Positions 31,891 to 42,220 of a DNA stretch of 64,000 nt are shown here, piece by piece (position 1 is the stretch's first letter; every line of letters starts with the position of its first letter). The stretch comes from an uncultured Chloroflexia bacterium. Its GTDB lineage: Bacteria; Chloroflexota; Limnocylindria; Limnocylindrales; CSP1-4. The position numbers were made by a program, and so were the translations under genes. The stretch is from NCBI GenBank assembly GCA_963813535.1, contig CAWEZH010000002.1, positions 288,001 through 352,000 of the forward strand. The letters run 5' to 3'. Under the pieces are notes generated by a model. It did not search any database and was not told where the DNA came from. It saw nothing but the letters and a program-made list of their open reading frames with translations.

Positions 31891-33726
31891 ATGCTGGGTC
31901 GCACCGATTCCCGCCGCCGCCTGCTGGTCCTGCTGACGATCTTCGCCATCGGATCGCTCACCCTGTTTGCGCGGACGGCCTACTGGCAAGTCCTCAGGGG
32001 CGACTTCCTGATGACGCGCGCCGCGGCCCAGACCACGGTCCGGATCGAGATCGCGGGCCGGCGCGGGGACATCTACGACCGGACCGGCACGGTCTTGCTG
32101 GCCACCACGATCGACCGGGATCGGCTGGTCGCCGCCGCCGACCAACTGGCACGTGACCCGGCCGCCCGAACGCAGACCACGAACGAGCTCGTCCGGATCC
32201 TGAAGCTCGACGAGGCCCAGGCGGCGACCCTCCGCGAGAAGCTCGCATCGCAACGGCCGTACATCGTCATCGCCCGCGGCGTCGAGCCGTCCGTGGCGGA
32301 GCGGATCCGCCAGGCGCTGCGCGACGAACGGATCGTGCACATCGCCCTCGAGGCGGAACCGGAGCGCGTGTATCCGCAGGTCGGCGGTGGCCCGGAGTCG
32401 ACGCTCGCCGCGCACCTGCTCGGGTTCGTCAACCGCGAGAACGCCGGCCAGTACGGCGTCGAGCAGGCCTACCAGGGGACGCTGGCCGGCGAGGCGCGGG
32501 TGATGATCGCCCAACGAGATGTCAACGGACGACCGATGCCCGAGACATCGGTCGTCGAATCGCCGGGCTCGATCGGGGAAGACGTCCGGCTGACCATCGA
32601 TGCCAGCCTGCAGCTCGCGTTGGAGCAGGAGCTGCTCGCCGCGTGGATCGCCGACGAGGCCAAGAGCGTGTCGGCGGTGGTGCTCGACCCGTACACCGGC
32701 GCGGTGTACGCCGAGGCCACGTACCCGTCGTATGACGCCAACGACTACCGGGCGATCGCGAAGGAGGCGCCCCAGCGGTTCGTCGACCCCATCGTTTCGA
32801 ACGTCTACGAGCCGGGGTCGGTCTTCAAGATGATGACCGCGGTGACCGCCCTCGAGTCGGGCTCGGTCACGCGGACGACCCGCATCAAGGATGTCGGCAC
32901 CCTGCGCCTCGATGGCGGTGAATCGAAGATCGACAACGCCGATCACAGGGGCATGGGCTGGATCACCTTCGAGGACGGCATCGCCTATTCGCGCAACGTG
33001 GTCGCCGCGAAGGTCGCCCTCGGTCTCGCCGACACGACGTCCGAGTCGGCGACGATGCTGTACGACACCTGGCGCACGCTCGGCTTCGGCCAGAAGACCG
33101 GCATCGACATCGCCGGCGAGGCGTCGGGCAGCCAGTACGTCCGAGACCCCGGCACGACGCCGTGGAGCGAGATCGACCTCGCCAACGGCGCGTTCGGCCA
33201 GGGTGTCGCGGTCACGCCGATCCAGCTCGCGTCGGCGTTCGCAGCGCTCGTCAATGGCGGCAACGCGGTCCAGCCCCATGTCGTCAGCGGCGTCGGGGCA
33301 CGCGATGTGACGGTGCCCCAGCGAGGCCGCGTGGTTCCCAAGAAGATCTCGAAGACCCTGCTCCGGATGATGGATCACGTCGTCCAGGAGGTGGACTTCT
33401 ATCGCGACCGGACGCTCGTGCCCGGCTATCACGTCGGGGGCAAGACCGGTACGGCGCAGATCTGGGATGCCAAGAAGAAGGACTGGAAGCACAACCTCTT
33501 CAACTACTCGTTCGTCGGATACATCAGCCGCGAGGCCGGCACGCCGGACCTCGTGGTCGCGGTCCGTATCGAGGAAGGTCGACCGCGGCTGCCACGCCTC
33601 GGTCACCTGGAGATGCCGGTCATGTCCTTCGAGCTGTTCCGCCGCGTCGCGACGAACGCCATCACCACGCCCGACCTGCTCGAGCACCGCATCGTCGCCG
33701 AACCCATGCCCGTCACGGACCGGTGA
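31891..33726 (+). CDS. ftsI: Class B penicillin-binding protein (FtsI)
   Basis: RGDIYDR, LTID..LQ, EPGSVFK (SxxK), YSRN (SxN) and GKTGTAQ. Confidence 0.93.
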   Translation: MLGRTDSRRRLLVLLTIFAIGSLTLFARTAYWQVLRGDFLMTRAAAQTTVRIEIAGRRGDIYDRTGTVLLATTIDRDRLVAAADQLARDPAARTQTTNELVRILKLDEAQAATLREKLASQRPYIVIARGVEPSVAERIRQALRDERIVHIALEAEPERVYPQVGGGPESTLAAHLLGFVNRENAGQYGVEQAYQGTLAGEARVMIAQRDVNGRPMPETSVVESPGSIGEDVRLTIDASLQLALEQELLAAWIADEAKSVSAVVLDPYTGAVYAEATYPSYDANDYRAIAKEAPQRFVDPIVSNVYEPGSVFKMMTAVTALESGSVTRTTRIKDVGTLRLDGGESKIDNADHRGMGWITFEDGIAYSRNVVAAKVALGLADTTSESATMLYDTWRTLGFGQKTGIDIAGEASGSQYVRDPGTTPWSEIDLANGAFGQGVAVTPIQLASAFAALVNGGNAVQPHVVSGVGARDVTVPQRGRVVPKKISKTLLRMMDHVVQEVDFYRDRTLVPGYHVGGKTGTAQIWDAKKKDWKHNLFNYSFVGYISREAGTPDLVVAVRIEEGRPRLPRLGHLEMPVMSFELFRRVATNAITTPDLLEHRIVAEPMPVTDR

Positions 33727-33752
33727 GTGGACCCTATGGGACACTGGCCGTC

Positions 33753-35186
33753 GTGAGCGACGTCGACCCGTCGAGGGGGACGCCGACCGAGCCGACGGCA
33801 GCGCTCTCGGTCGATGACCTCATCCGCCTGAGCGGTGGTCGGCTGCTGGCACGATCCGATCGGCCGATCCGCGGCGCCGCCGTCGATTCCCGATTGGTCA
33901 AACCCGGTCAGCTCTTCGTCGCGTTGCCGGGCGAGCGTACCGACGGGCACCTCCACCTGGACGACGCCGTCGGGCGTGGCGCCGGCGCCGTGCTGGTGAC
34001 CCGCCAGGTCGAGGAGCCCGAGCGTTTCGGCGATGTCTCTGTCATCCGCGTCGCCGACGGGCTGGTCGCCCTGGGAGCGGTCGCCGCCGGCTGGCGCCGG
34101 CGGTTTTCGCCGCTGGTTGTCGGGATCACCGGCAGCATCGCGAAGACCTCGACCAAAGAGGCCGTGGCGACCGTCCTAAGCGCCGCTCGTCGGACGCTCA
34201 AGACCGAGGGGAACCAGAACAACGAAGTCGGCCTGCCGCTCACGCTAATGCGCCTCGGCCCCGAGCATGAAGCGGCGGTGCTCGAGATGGGGATGTATGT
34301 CTCGGGCGAGATCGCCGACCTGGCCGCGATGGCGCAGCCGTCGATCGGCGTCGTGACCGCGGTCCAGCCCGTCCATCTCTCGCGGATCGGCACGCTCGAT
34401 GCGGTCGAACGGGCGAAGGGCGAGCTGCTCGAGGCGCTCCCCGCCGATGGCACGGCCGTCCTCAACGCCGATGACCCCATCGTGACGGGCATGGATCGCC
34501 GGTCCGCGGCGCGAGCGCTGCGCTACGGATTTGATGACTCGGCCGACGTCCGGGCGATCGATGTCACGTCCGGGGGCACCGCCGGCATGCGGTTCCGACT
34601 GCGGACACCGGCGGGCGAGCGTGACGTCACCATCCCGGCGCTCGGACGGCTGTCGGTCCACAACGCGGCGGCAGGTGCCGCGGTCGGCCTCGCGGCGGGT
34701 GTCGACCTCGAGACCATCGTCAACGCTCTCGCGACCGGCTGGAGCGCGCCGCACCGCGTCGAGCTGGTCCGGCTGCGCGGCGCCACCATCATCGACGACA
34801 GCTACAACGCATCACCCGGCTCGGTCGCGGCGGCGCTCGACCTGCTGGCCGACCTGCCCGGTCGCCACGTGGCGGTCCTGGGCGAGATGCTCGAGCTGGG
34901 CGACGCCCACGACAGCGGCCATCATGTCGTCGGCGAGGCGGCCGCGGACGTCGCCGAGCTGTTGATCGTGGTCGGGCCGGCGGCCGATGGCATCGCCGCC
35001 GGCGCCATGGAGGCAGGACTCGATCCGGCACGGATCCACGTCGTGCCGGATGCGGAGGCCGCGTTGGACGCGCTCCAGCCGCGCCTCCGAGCCGGCGATG
35101 TCGTCCTCGTCAAGGCATCGCGCGGCATCGGGCTCGACCGCGTGGTCGATGGCCTCCGGCTCCACCTCGGCGAGTCGGCCCGATGA
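33753..35186 (+). CDS. murF: UDP-MurNAc-tripeptide--D-Ala-D-Ala ligase (alternative start 33723)
   Basis: DSR, GITGSIAKTSTK, NNEVGLP, LEMGM, DDSYNASP and VKASRG. Confidence 0.94.
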   Translation: MSDVDPSRGTPTEPTAALSVDDLIRLSGGRLLARSDRPIRGAAVDSRLVKPGQLFVALPGERTDGHLHLDDAVGRGAGAVLVTRQVEEPERFGDVSVIRVADGLVALGAVAAGWRRRFSPLVVGITGSIAKTSTKEAVATVLSAARRTLKTEGNQNNEVGLPLTLMRLGPEHEAAVLEMGMYVSGEIADLAAMAQPSIGVVTAVQPVHLSRIGTLDAVERAKGELLEALPADGTAVLNADDPIVTGMDRRSAARALRYGFDDSADVRAIDVTSGGTAGMRFRLRTPAGERDVTIPALGRLSVHNAAAGAAVGLAAGVDLETIVNALATGWSAPHRVELVRLRGATIIDDSYNASPGSVAAALDLLADLPGRHVAVLGEMLELGDAHDSGHHVVGEAAADVAELLIVVGPAADGIAAGAMEAGLDPARIHVVPDAEAALDALQPRLRAGDVVLVKASRGIGLDRVVDGLRLHLGESAR

Positions 35187-36175
35187 CCGTCGAGCTGATC
35201 CAAGGACTGCTGCTGGCGTTCGCCCTGATCGTGATCCTGATGCCGCCCTACATCCGGCTGCTCCAGGCGATCGGGTTCGGCAAGCGGATCCGGCAGGAGG
35301 GACCGGAGAGCCATTTCGTCAAGGAGGGGACACCAACGATGGGCGGGCTGCTCATCGTGGTCGTCGTCCTCGGCATCTACTTCTTCCTCCGCCAACCGGA
35401 CGCGGCGACGTTCGCGCCGCTGGCCGCGCTGGCGGGCGTCGGTGCGCTCGGAGCGTTCGACGATTACCTCAACGCCAGGACAGGGGAGGGGATCAAGGCC
35501 CGCCAGAAGCTGATCTGGCTGACGGTCGTGGCCTTCGTCGCCGGGTGGCAGATCCAGCAGACCTACGCCATCACGGCCATCGCCGTCCCGTTCTACGGCC
35601 CCGTGAGCATCGAGCCGTGGCTGTACGTCGGGTTCGCCGCGTTCGCGATCATCGCCGCGGCGAACGGCGTGAACATCACCGACGGGCTCGACGGTCTGTC
35701 CGGTGGGACCGTCGCGATCGCCTTCGTCGCGTACATGCTGATCGCGCTGCTGAACACGCCGGCCCAGCCGAACCTCGCCCTGCTCTGCGCGCTGATCATC
35801 GGGGCGCTCCTCGGTTTCCTGTGGTTCAACGTCCACCCGGCGCAGATCTTCATCGGCGACTCCGGAGCGCTCTCGCTCGGCGCGACCCTGGCCGTCACCG
35901 CGCTGATCACCGGCCAGGTCCTCGTCCTGCCGCTGATCGGGATCATCTTCGTGCTCGAGACGTCGTCCGTGATCCTCCAGGTCGCCTATTTCCGCTTCAC
36001 CGGCGGCCGGCGCCTGTTCCGGATGAGCCCGATCCACCACCACTTCGAGCTCGGTGGCTGGGACGAGGAGAAGATCACGATCCGGTTCTGGATCGTCGCC
36101 ATCCTCGCCGCCCTCCTGGGTGTGACGCTGTTCCTCGCGACCCAGCCGGGACAGTTCCTCGGAGCGCCGTCGTGA
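35183..36175 (+). CDS. mraY: Phospho-MurNAc-pentapeptide transferase
   Basis: TPTMGG, NITDGLDGL, FIGDSG and PIHHHFE. Confidence 0.96.
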   Translation: MTVELIQGLLLAFALIVILMPPYIRLLQAIGFGKRIRQEGPESHFVKEGTPTMGGLLIVVVVLGIYFFLRQPDAATFAPLAALAGVGALGAFDDYLNARTGEGIKARQKLIWLTVVAFVAGWQIQQTYAITAIAVPFYGPVSIEPWLYVGFAAFAIIAAANGVNITDGLDGLSGGTVAIAFVAYMLIALLNTPAQPNLALLCALIIGALLGFLWFNVHPAQIFIGDSGALSLGATLAVTALITGQVLVLPLIGIIFVLETSSVILQVAYFRFTGGRRLFRMSPIHHHFELGGWDEEKITIRFWIVAILAALLGVTLFLATQPGQFLGAPS

Positions 36176-37734
36176 TGACCACGCCGCTGGCGATCGAGCC
36201 CGACGCACTCTCCATCGAGGCGATCCGGCACGGGCTGCTCGCGGACGTCCCCGTCACGGTCCTCGGTTTCGCCCGAAGCGGCATCGCGTTGGCCCGCTTC
36301 CTCGCCGATTCGGGCGCCCGCGTCACCGTCTACGACGGCCGGCCGGAGTCGGACCTGCGAGATGCGATCTCGGCACTCGAGGGTCGGGCTGTGCGGCTGC
36401 AACTCGGGCCGGACGTCGATCCGGCATCCACGTGGGCCGACGCGCGACTCGTGACGACGTCGCCGTCGATCAACCCCGCGTTCCCGACGACGGAGCCCCG
36501 GCTCCGGGATGCGCTCGCGACGCTCGTCGCGGCGCGAACGGCCGGCGATCGGTCGATCCCGGCGGTCGTGTCGGAGCCCGACCTGTTCCTGCGGCTGTGC
36601 ACCGCCCCGACCGTCGGCGTGACCGGGACGAAGGGCAAGACCACCACGGCGTCGCTCACGGCCGCGATCCTCGACGCCGACCCAGGCCACCCGGTCGTCC
36701 TCGGCGGCAATATCGGCGTCCCGATCCTGGACCGACTGGCCGAGCTGACGCCGGACCATCGCGTCGTCTATGAGCTGTCCGAGCTCCAGCTGCCGACTCT
36801 GTCGAGGGGTACGACGGTCGCCGTTTACACGAACGTCACGTCGGACCATCTCGACCGGCATGGGTCGCTGGACGCGTACCGGCAGGTCAAGCGGATCCTC
36901 GCCGAGCGGGTCGACCCCGACGGAGCGCTCGTCCTCAATGCCGAGGACCCGGTGGTCGCCGGCTACGCCGCATCCGGTCAGGCCCGTCCCGTGCTGTATC
37001 GCCGCGGCGACCCATCACCCGGCGGCCTGGGCGTGGTCGACGGCTGGATCGTGTCGGCCGGGGTCGCGCCGCTCGCCGGTGTCCGCGATGCCGGTGCAGG
37101 TGACGACGGAGCGTCGGGCAGGATCATGCCGGTCGACGAATTGGGCATCCCGGGCGCACACAACGTCTCGAATGCGCTGGCGGCCGTCGCCGTGGGCCTC
37201 CTGTTCGGCGTGCCCGCATCGGCGATCCGTGTGGCCGCCGCCGCTTTCACCGGTGTCGAGCATCGACTCGAGACCGTGGCGACGGTCGATGGTGTCCGCT
37301 TCGTCAACGACTCGCAGGGCACGCAGCCGGACGCGGTGATCGCGGCCCTCCGGTCCTTCCCACGGCCGCTCGTCCTCATCGCCGGGGGGCGCGACAAGGG
37401 CGTCGACCTGTCCGCGCTCGGACCGGTCGTGGCCGAACGCGCCAGCGCAGCCGTCCTGATCGGCGAGAGCGGTCCCGACCTGGAGCGTCGCTTCCGGGCT
37501 GCCGGCTTGGAACGGACCGAGCGTGCCTCGACCCTCGACGATGCCGTGATCCGGGCGGACAGCCTGGCCCGCGAAACCCTGGACGACGTCGAGCCTGCAC
37601 GGGGCCTCGCGACCGTGCTCCTCAGCCCTGCCGCGGCCAGCTTCGACATGTTCCCCGACTACGCCGCACGCGGCCGCGCCTTCAAGGACGCGGTCGCCGA
37701 CCTTGTCGCAGCACGAGCCCGGAGGCGGTCATGA
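36175..37734 (+). CDS. murD: UDP-MurNAc-L-Ala--D-Glu ligase
   Basis: LGFARSG, VTGTKGKTTT, GGNIG, DHLDRH, EHRLE and LSPAAASFDMF. Confidence 0.95.
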   Translation: MTTPLAIEPDALSIEAIRHGLLADVPVTVLGFARSGIALARFLADSGARVTVYDGRPESDLRDAISALEGRAVRLQLGPDVDPASTWADARLVTTSPSINPAFPTTEPRLRDALATLVAARTAGDRSIPAVVSEPDLFLRLCTAPTVGVTGTKGKTTTASLTAAILDADPGHPVVLGGNIGVPILDRLAELTPDHRVVYELSELQLPTLSRGTTVAVYTNVTSDHLDRHGSLDAYRQVKRILAERVDPDGALVLNAEDPVVAGYAASGQARPVLYRRGDPSPGGLGVVDGWIVSAGVAPLAGVRDAGAGDDGASGRIMPVDELGIPGAHNVSNALAAVAVGLLFGVPASAIRVAAAAFTGVEHRLETVATVDGVRFVNDSQGTQPDAVIAALRSFPRPLVLIAGGRDKGVDLSALGPVVAERASAAVLIGESGPDLERRFRAAGLERTERASTLDDAVIRADSLARETLDDVEPARGLATVLLSPAAASFDMFPDYAARGRAFKDAVADLVAARARRRS

Positions 37735-39077
37735 ACCTTGCCCCGCCGATCCCGCGTTTCGGACGGCCGACCACCGACACGGGAGCTCGTGACCGAAAAC
37801 GCGCCAGTGAGACGCGACGCGCCGCCAACCGGACCCCGACCAAAGACCTGACCCAGGCGCTCCAGCGCGAGCGGCACGCGCCCGACTTCACGATCCTCGT
37901 GGTCGTCGTGGCGCTCGCCGCGATCGGCATCCTGATGGTCTACTCCTCGTCGGCGATGCGCGGCTACCTGTCAGCGGACGCCGACACGTTCCAGACTGTC
38001 GGCCCGCAGATCCAGTGGGCGCTGCTGGGCCTGCTGGCGATGGTCGCGATGATGCGCGTCGACTACCGCTACCTGCGGTTGATCTCGATCCCGGGCTACG
38101 TCGTCGCGCTCGGCCTGCTGGTGCTCGTCTTCGTCGATGACTTCAATATCGTGGTCGGGGGTTCAGCCCGCTGGCTCAAGCTGGGTCCGCTGCCGGCGAT
38201 CCACCCGGCCGAGCTGGCCAAGCTCGCGCTGATCGTCTACCTCGCCCATTGGTTCGCCAAGCGTGGCCTGAAGGTCGGTGGGTTCTGGGCCGGTACGATC
38301 CCGTTCCTCCTCATCGCCGGCCCGGTGATCGCCCTGGTGTTCAGGGAGCCCGACCTCGGCACGACCATCGTCATCACGCTCACGGCGTTCACGATGTGGT
38401 ACGTCGCCGGTGCGAACACGTTCCACCTCGGTTCGATGATCGGGCTCGCGGCGTTCGGGGCCATCCTCGTCGGGCTGGCCGGGTACCAGATGGACCGGAT
38501 CCGGGCATGGCTCGATCCGTGGAAATACGCCGACACCATCGGCTACCACACCGTCCAGGGGCTGCTCGCGCTCGGACTCGGCGGGGTGTTCGGGTCAGGC
38601 CTCGGGGAGAGCCGGATGGCCGGTGGCCTGTTCGTGCCGAACGCGTTCAACGACTTCATCTTCGCGATCATCGGCGAGGAGTTCGGTCTCATCGGCGCCG
38701 GCGTGGTCATCGCGCTGTTCGTGCTGCTCGCCTACGCTGGCATCCGGGTGGCCCTCGGCGCTCCTGATACGTTCGGGGCGCTCCTGGCGGCCGGGATCAC
38801 GGCCTGGCTGTGCATCCAGGCGTTCATCAACATCGGCGTGGTCGTGACCCTGGTCCCGATCACCGGCATCACGCTGCCGTTCATCAGTGCCGGCGGCTCG
38901 TCACTCATCATCAGCTTCGCGGCGATCGGGATCCTCCTCTCGATCTCCCGCGAGACCATCGAGAAGGGGACCTGGAACGACGATGCGACTGCTGATCGCG
39001 GCCGGCGGAACGGGCGGGCACATCTACCCGGCTCTGGCGGTCGCTCGCTCGCTCGGAGCGCAGCACGACGGCGCTGA
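37731..39077 (+). CDS. ftsW: SEDS peptidoglycan glycosyltransferase FtsW
   Basis: MVYSSS, RW, PAELAK, EPDLGT, DFIFAIIGEEFG and TGITLPFISAGGSS. Confidence 0.94.
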   Translation: MNLAPPIPRFGRPTTDTGARDRKRASETRRAANRTPTKDLTQALQRERHAPDFTILVVVVALAAIGILMVYSSSAMRGYLSADADTFQTVGPQIQWALLGLLAMVAMMRVDYRYLRLISIPGYVVALGLLVLVFVDDFNIVVGGSARWLKLGPLPAIHPAELAKLALIVYLAHWFAKRGLKVGGFWAGTIPFLLIAGPVIALVFREPDLGTTIVITLTAFTMWYVAGANTFHLGSMIGLAAFGAILVGLAGYQMDRIRAWLDPWKYADTIGYHTVQGLLALGLGGVFGSGLGESRMAGGLFVPNAFNDFIFAIIGEEFGLIGAGVVIALFVLLAYAGIRVALGAPDTFGALLAAGITAWLCIQAFINIGVVVTLVPITGITLPFISAGGSSLIISFAAIGILLSISRETIEKGTWNDDATADRGRRNGRAHLPGSGGRSLARSAARRR

Positions 39078-40143
39078 GCTCACCTGGCTGGGCGGTCATC
39101 GCGGGCTCGAGGCCGGCATCGTCCCGGCGGCCGGCATCCCGTTCCGCCGGCTGGTCCTGCGCTCGCTCCGATCGGTCGAGTTCGACGCGCACGCCATCCT
39201 CGACCCGCTCCGGCTTGGCGGATCGGTCCCGCAGGCCGGCGCGATCCTCGCGAGCGAGCGCCCGGCGGCGATCTTCACGACCGGCGGCTACGTCGCTGTC
39301 CCGGTGCTGCTGGCGGCCGCCCCACTCGGCATCCCGGTCGTGCTGTGGGATGGCAACGTCGTGCCGGGTCGCGCGGTGCGCGCCACGGCCAGGCTGGCCG
39401 ACGTGATCGCGGTGTCGTTCGCCGCGACGTGCCAGGCGCTGGCGACCGCGGCGCCCGGACGCCCGTGCTACCTGACCGGCACGCCGATCCGCGACACGCG
39501 CGCGGTCGACCGTGAGGCGGCGCGCGCCAAGCTCGGCATCCCGCCGGGCGTGCGGGTGATGCTCATCTTCGGTGGGTCCCAGGCGGTCCGACGGTTCAAC
39601 GGCGCGGTCGCCGAGGCGCTCCCGCGATTGATCGAGCGGGTGGCCGTCATCCACGTCACGGGTGACGATGGGTACGCCGCCGCGCTGGCGGGTCGCGAGG
39701 CGCTGCCCGCCGACCGGCGCGAGCGCTATCGACCGTTCCCGTTCCTGCGGGACGACATGTTGACCGCGCTGGCTGCGGCGGATCTCGTGGTCGGGCGAGC
39801 CGGGTCGTCCACGCTCGCAGAGGTGACGGCTCTCGGCCTGCCCATCGTGGTCGTGCCATACCCGCATGCGGCCGGTCATCAGACGGCCAATGCTCGCCAG
39901 CTCGTCGAAGCGGGAGCGGGTCGCCTGGTCGACGACGCCGCGTTCGACGCGGACGCCCTGCTCGAGGCCGCCGGCCTGCTGGAGGATCCGACCGCACATC
40001 TCGCGATGTCGGCCGCAGCCCGATCGCTCGGCCGGCCGGGCGCCGCCGACGCGGTCGCCGATCTCGTCCTGGCGGCGGCCCGGCGCGAAGCGCTGCCCGA
40101 CCCCGAGACGATCGAGCGCCGATCGCGGAGCGGGCGCGGGTGA
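38983..40143 (+). CDS. murG: Lipid II GlcNAc transferase
   Basis: AAGGTGGHIYPA, GGYV, FGGSQA, RAGSST and HQ.ANA. Confidence 0.95.
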   Translation: MRLLIAAGGTGGHIYPALAVARSLGAQHDGAELTWLGGHRGLEAGIVPAAGIPFRRLVLRSLRSVEFDAHAILDPLRLGGSVPQAGAILASERPAAIFTTGGYVAVPVLLAAAPLGIPVVLWDGNVVPGRAVRATARLADVIAVSFAATCQALATAAPGRPCYLTGTPIRDTRAVDREAARAKLGIPPGVRVMLIFGGSQAVRRFNGAVAEALPRLIERVAVIHVTGDDGYAAALAGREALPADRRERYRPFPFLRDDMLTALAAADLVVGRAGSSTLAEVTALGLPIVVVPYPHAAGHQTANARQLVEAGAGRLVDDAAFDADALLEAAGLLEDPTAHLAMSAAARSLGRPGAADAVADLVLAAARREALPDPETIERRSRSGRG

Positions 40144-41099
40144 CCGCGGTGGCCGCGTTCGACGCCATCGCCATCGGCACCGAGATCCAGCGACGGGTCG
40201 GGGTCAAGACGTCGCGCGACGAACCGCTGGCACGGTTCACCACGATGCGTGTCGGTGGGCCGGCGGACCTCTTCGCGACCGTCCACAACGCATTCGAGCT
40301 GCGGGCGCTCGTGCGCTTCGCCCGCTCCCGCTCGCTCCCACATCTGATCCTGGGTCGCGGTAGCGACCTCGTGATCAGCGATCGCGGCATCCGAGGCCTC
40401 GTCATCCAGGATCGGGCCGAGGGATCGCGGTTCGAGGGCGATCGCTACACCGCCGACGCGGGTGTGCCGATGGCTCGTGCCGCCACCGAGGCCCAGAAGG
40501 CCGGGCTGACCGGCCTGGAGTTCGGTCTGGCGATCCCCGGCACGGTCGGCGGCGCCGTGTGGGCCAACGCCGGGGCGCACGATGCCGACATCGCGGGCGT
40601 GCTCGTCGCGGCCCGGGTGGTCGATGCACAGGGGAGCGAGGTCATCGTGCCGTCCGAGGAGCTTGGCCTGTCGTACCGCGACAGCCGGTTCAAGCATCCG
40701 CCGGTCGATGGTCCGCGCGAACTGATCATCGACGCGACGTTCGCCCTCACACCGGCCGACCCGGAGGTCATCAAGGCGCGTCTCGACGACATCCGCCGAT
40801 GGCGGCAGGCACATCAGCCGCTGGGGCTGCCGTCCGCTGGGAGCGTCTTCCGCAACCCGTCGGGCGGATCCGCGGGGCAGCTCATCGAGGCCGCCGGGCT
40901 GAAGGGCTTTCGGATCGGCGGCGCGGTCGTATCGGAGAAGCACGCCAACTTCATCGTCAACGACCAGAAGGGCACGGCCGCCGACGTGCGACGGGTCGGC
41001 GATCACGTGCGGGCGGTCGTCGCGGAGACGGCCGGTGTCGAGCTCATCTACGAGATCGAGTTCGTCGGCGATTGGGACCGTTGGCCATGGCCGGCATGA
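40140..41099 (+). CDS. murB: UDP-N-acetylenolpyruvoylglucosamine reductase
   Basis: TTMRVGGPA, IPGTVGGA..NAGA, SAGSVFRNP and KHANFIVN. Confidence 0.95.
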   Translation: MTAVAAFDAIAIGTEIQRRVGVKTSRDEPLARFTTMRVGGPADLFATVHNAFELRALVRFARSRSLPHLILGRGSDLVISDRGIRGLVIQDRAEGSRFEGDRYTADAGVPMARAATEAQKAGLTGLEFGLAIPGTVGGAVWANAGAHDADIAGVLVAARVVDAQGSEVIVPSEELGLSYRDSRFKHPPVDGPRELIIDATFALTPADPEVIKARLDDIRRWRQAHQPLGLPSAGSVFRNPSGGSAGQLIEAAGLKGFRIGGAVVSEKHANFIVNDQKGTAADVRRVGDHVRAVVAETAGVELIYEIEFVGDWDRWPWPA

Positions 41100-42220
41100 C
41101 CGCGTCGGAGCTGCCGCCGATCGTCGTGCTGCTCGGCGGCCCGTCCGCCGAGCACGACGTGTCCGTCGTGTCGGGGACCGCCATCGCGCTGGCGTTGTCC
41201 GAGGCCGGGGCGGACGTCCAGCAGGTCCTCATCGACCTCGACGGTGGGTGGTGGTGGCTGCCGCCCGATCACCGTCGGGAGGACCGTGCCGCGTCCGCCT
41301 ACGACGACCCGCGAGCACTCGGCGCCGAGGGGCCGATCGCGGTCGGCGCCGCCGTCGACCGGCTGGCCGCCGACGACCCGGCACCGGTGGTCGTGATCGG
41401 GCTGCACGGGCCGTTCGGCGAGGACGGCACCATCCAGGCGATGCTCGACGCGGTCGGTCTCGCCTATACCGGCTCCGGCGTCGCCGCCTCCGCGCTGGGC
41501 ATGGACAAGGCGCTGTTCAAGCGGATGTGCCGGGGTCTGGGGATCCCCGTGGTCGACTGGCGCGAGGTTCGCCAGTCGCGCTGGGTGGCCGATCGCCCGG
41601 GCGTCCGCCGCGAGATGGCAGCCTTCGCCGCCGCATCGGCCGACGCTCGCCTGATGGTCAAGCCGGCACGGCTGGGCAGCTCGGTCGGCATGACCCTCGT
41701 GCATGACTCGGCGGAGCTCGCGGCGGCGCTCGACCTCGCCTACCGCTACGACACGCTGGCCGTCGTGGAGCTCTACGTGGCCGAGGCGCGCGACCTCGAG
41801 ATGTCGGTCATCGGCAACGACCACGCCCATCTCGAGCTGTACGGCCCGGGCGAGGTCATCAGCGGCAACGAGTTCTACGACTACGCCGCGAAGTACACGC
41901 CCGGCCTGTCCGAGACCTCGACGACCGCCGAAGTCACGGACGTGGAGCGCGCCGTGATCCACAAGCTCTCCCGGGACGTGTACCGGGCGATCGGCGCCGA
42001 GGGTTTCGCCCGGATCGATTTCCTGATGTCCGGCGAGCGCATCCTCGTCTCGGAGATCAACACGATCCCCGGGTTCACGCCGATCAGCCTCTTCCCGACG
42101 ATGCCGGCCGAGGGCGGCTACACGTTCGCGGACGTGTGTCTCCGCGTCATCGAGCTCGCCATCGAGCGCCATGCCCAGCGACCGGCGACGCGTCTCGGAG
42201 CGGCCGACCTGCCGCGATGA
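41096..42220 (+). CDS. ddl: D-alanine--D-alanine ligase
   Basis: GGPSAEHDVS, LHGPFGEDG, GSSVG, FYDYAAKY and EINTIPG. Confidence 0.95.
   Translation: MTASELPPIVVLLGGPSAEHDVSVVSGTAIALALSEAGADVQQVLIDLDGGWWWLPPDHRREDRAASAYDDPRALGAEGPIAVGAAVDRLAADDPAPVVVIGLHGPFGEDGTIQAMLDAVGLAYTGSGVAASALGMDKALFKRMCRGLGIPVVDWREVRQSRWVADRPGVRREMAAFAAASADARLMVKPARLGSSVGMTLVHDSAELAAALDLAYRYDTLAVVELYVAEARDLEMSVIGNDHAHLELYGPGEVISGNEFYDYAAKYTPGLSETSTTAEVTDVERAVIHKLSRDVYRAIGAEGFARIDFLMSGERILVSEINTIPGFTPISLFPTMPAEGGYTFADVCLRVIELAIERHAQRPATRLGAADLPR

Noticed and set aside
41096-42220. D-Ala-D-Lac (vancomycin-resistance type) ligase
   Set aside because: The omega loop reads FYDYAAKY with Tyr, typical of D-Ala-D-Ala ligases.
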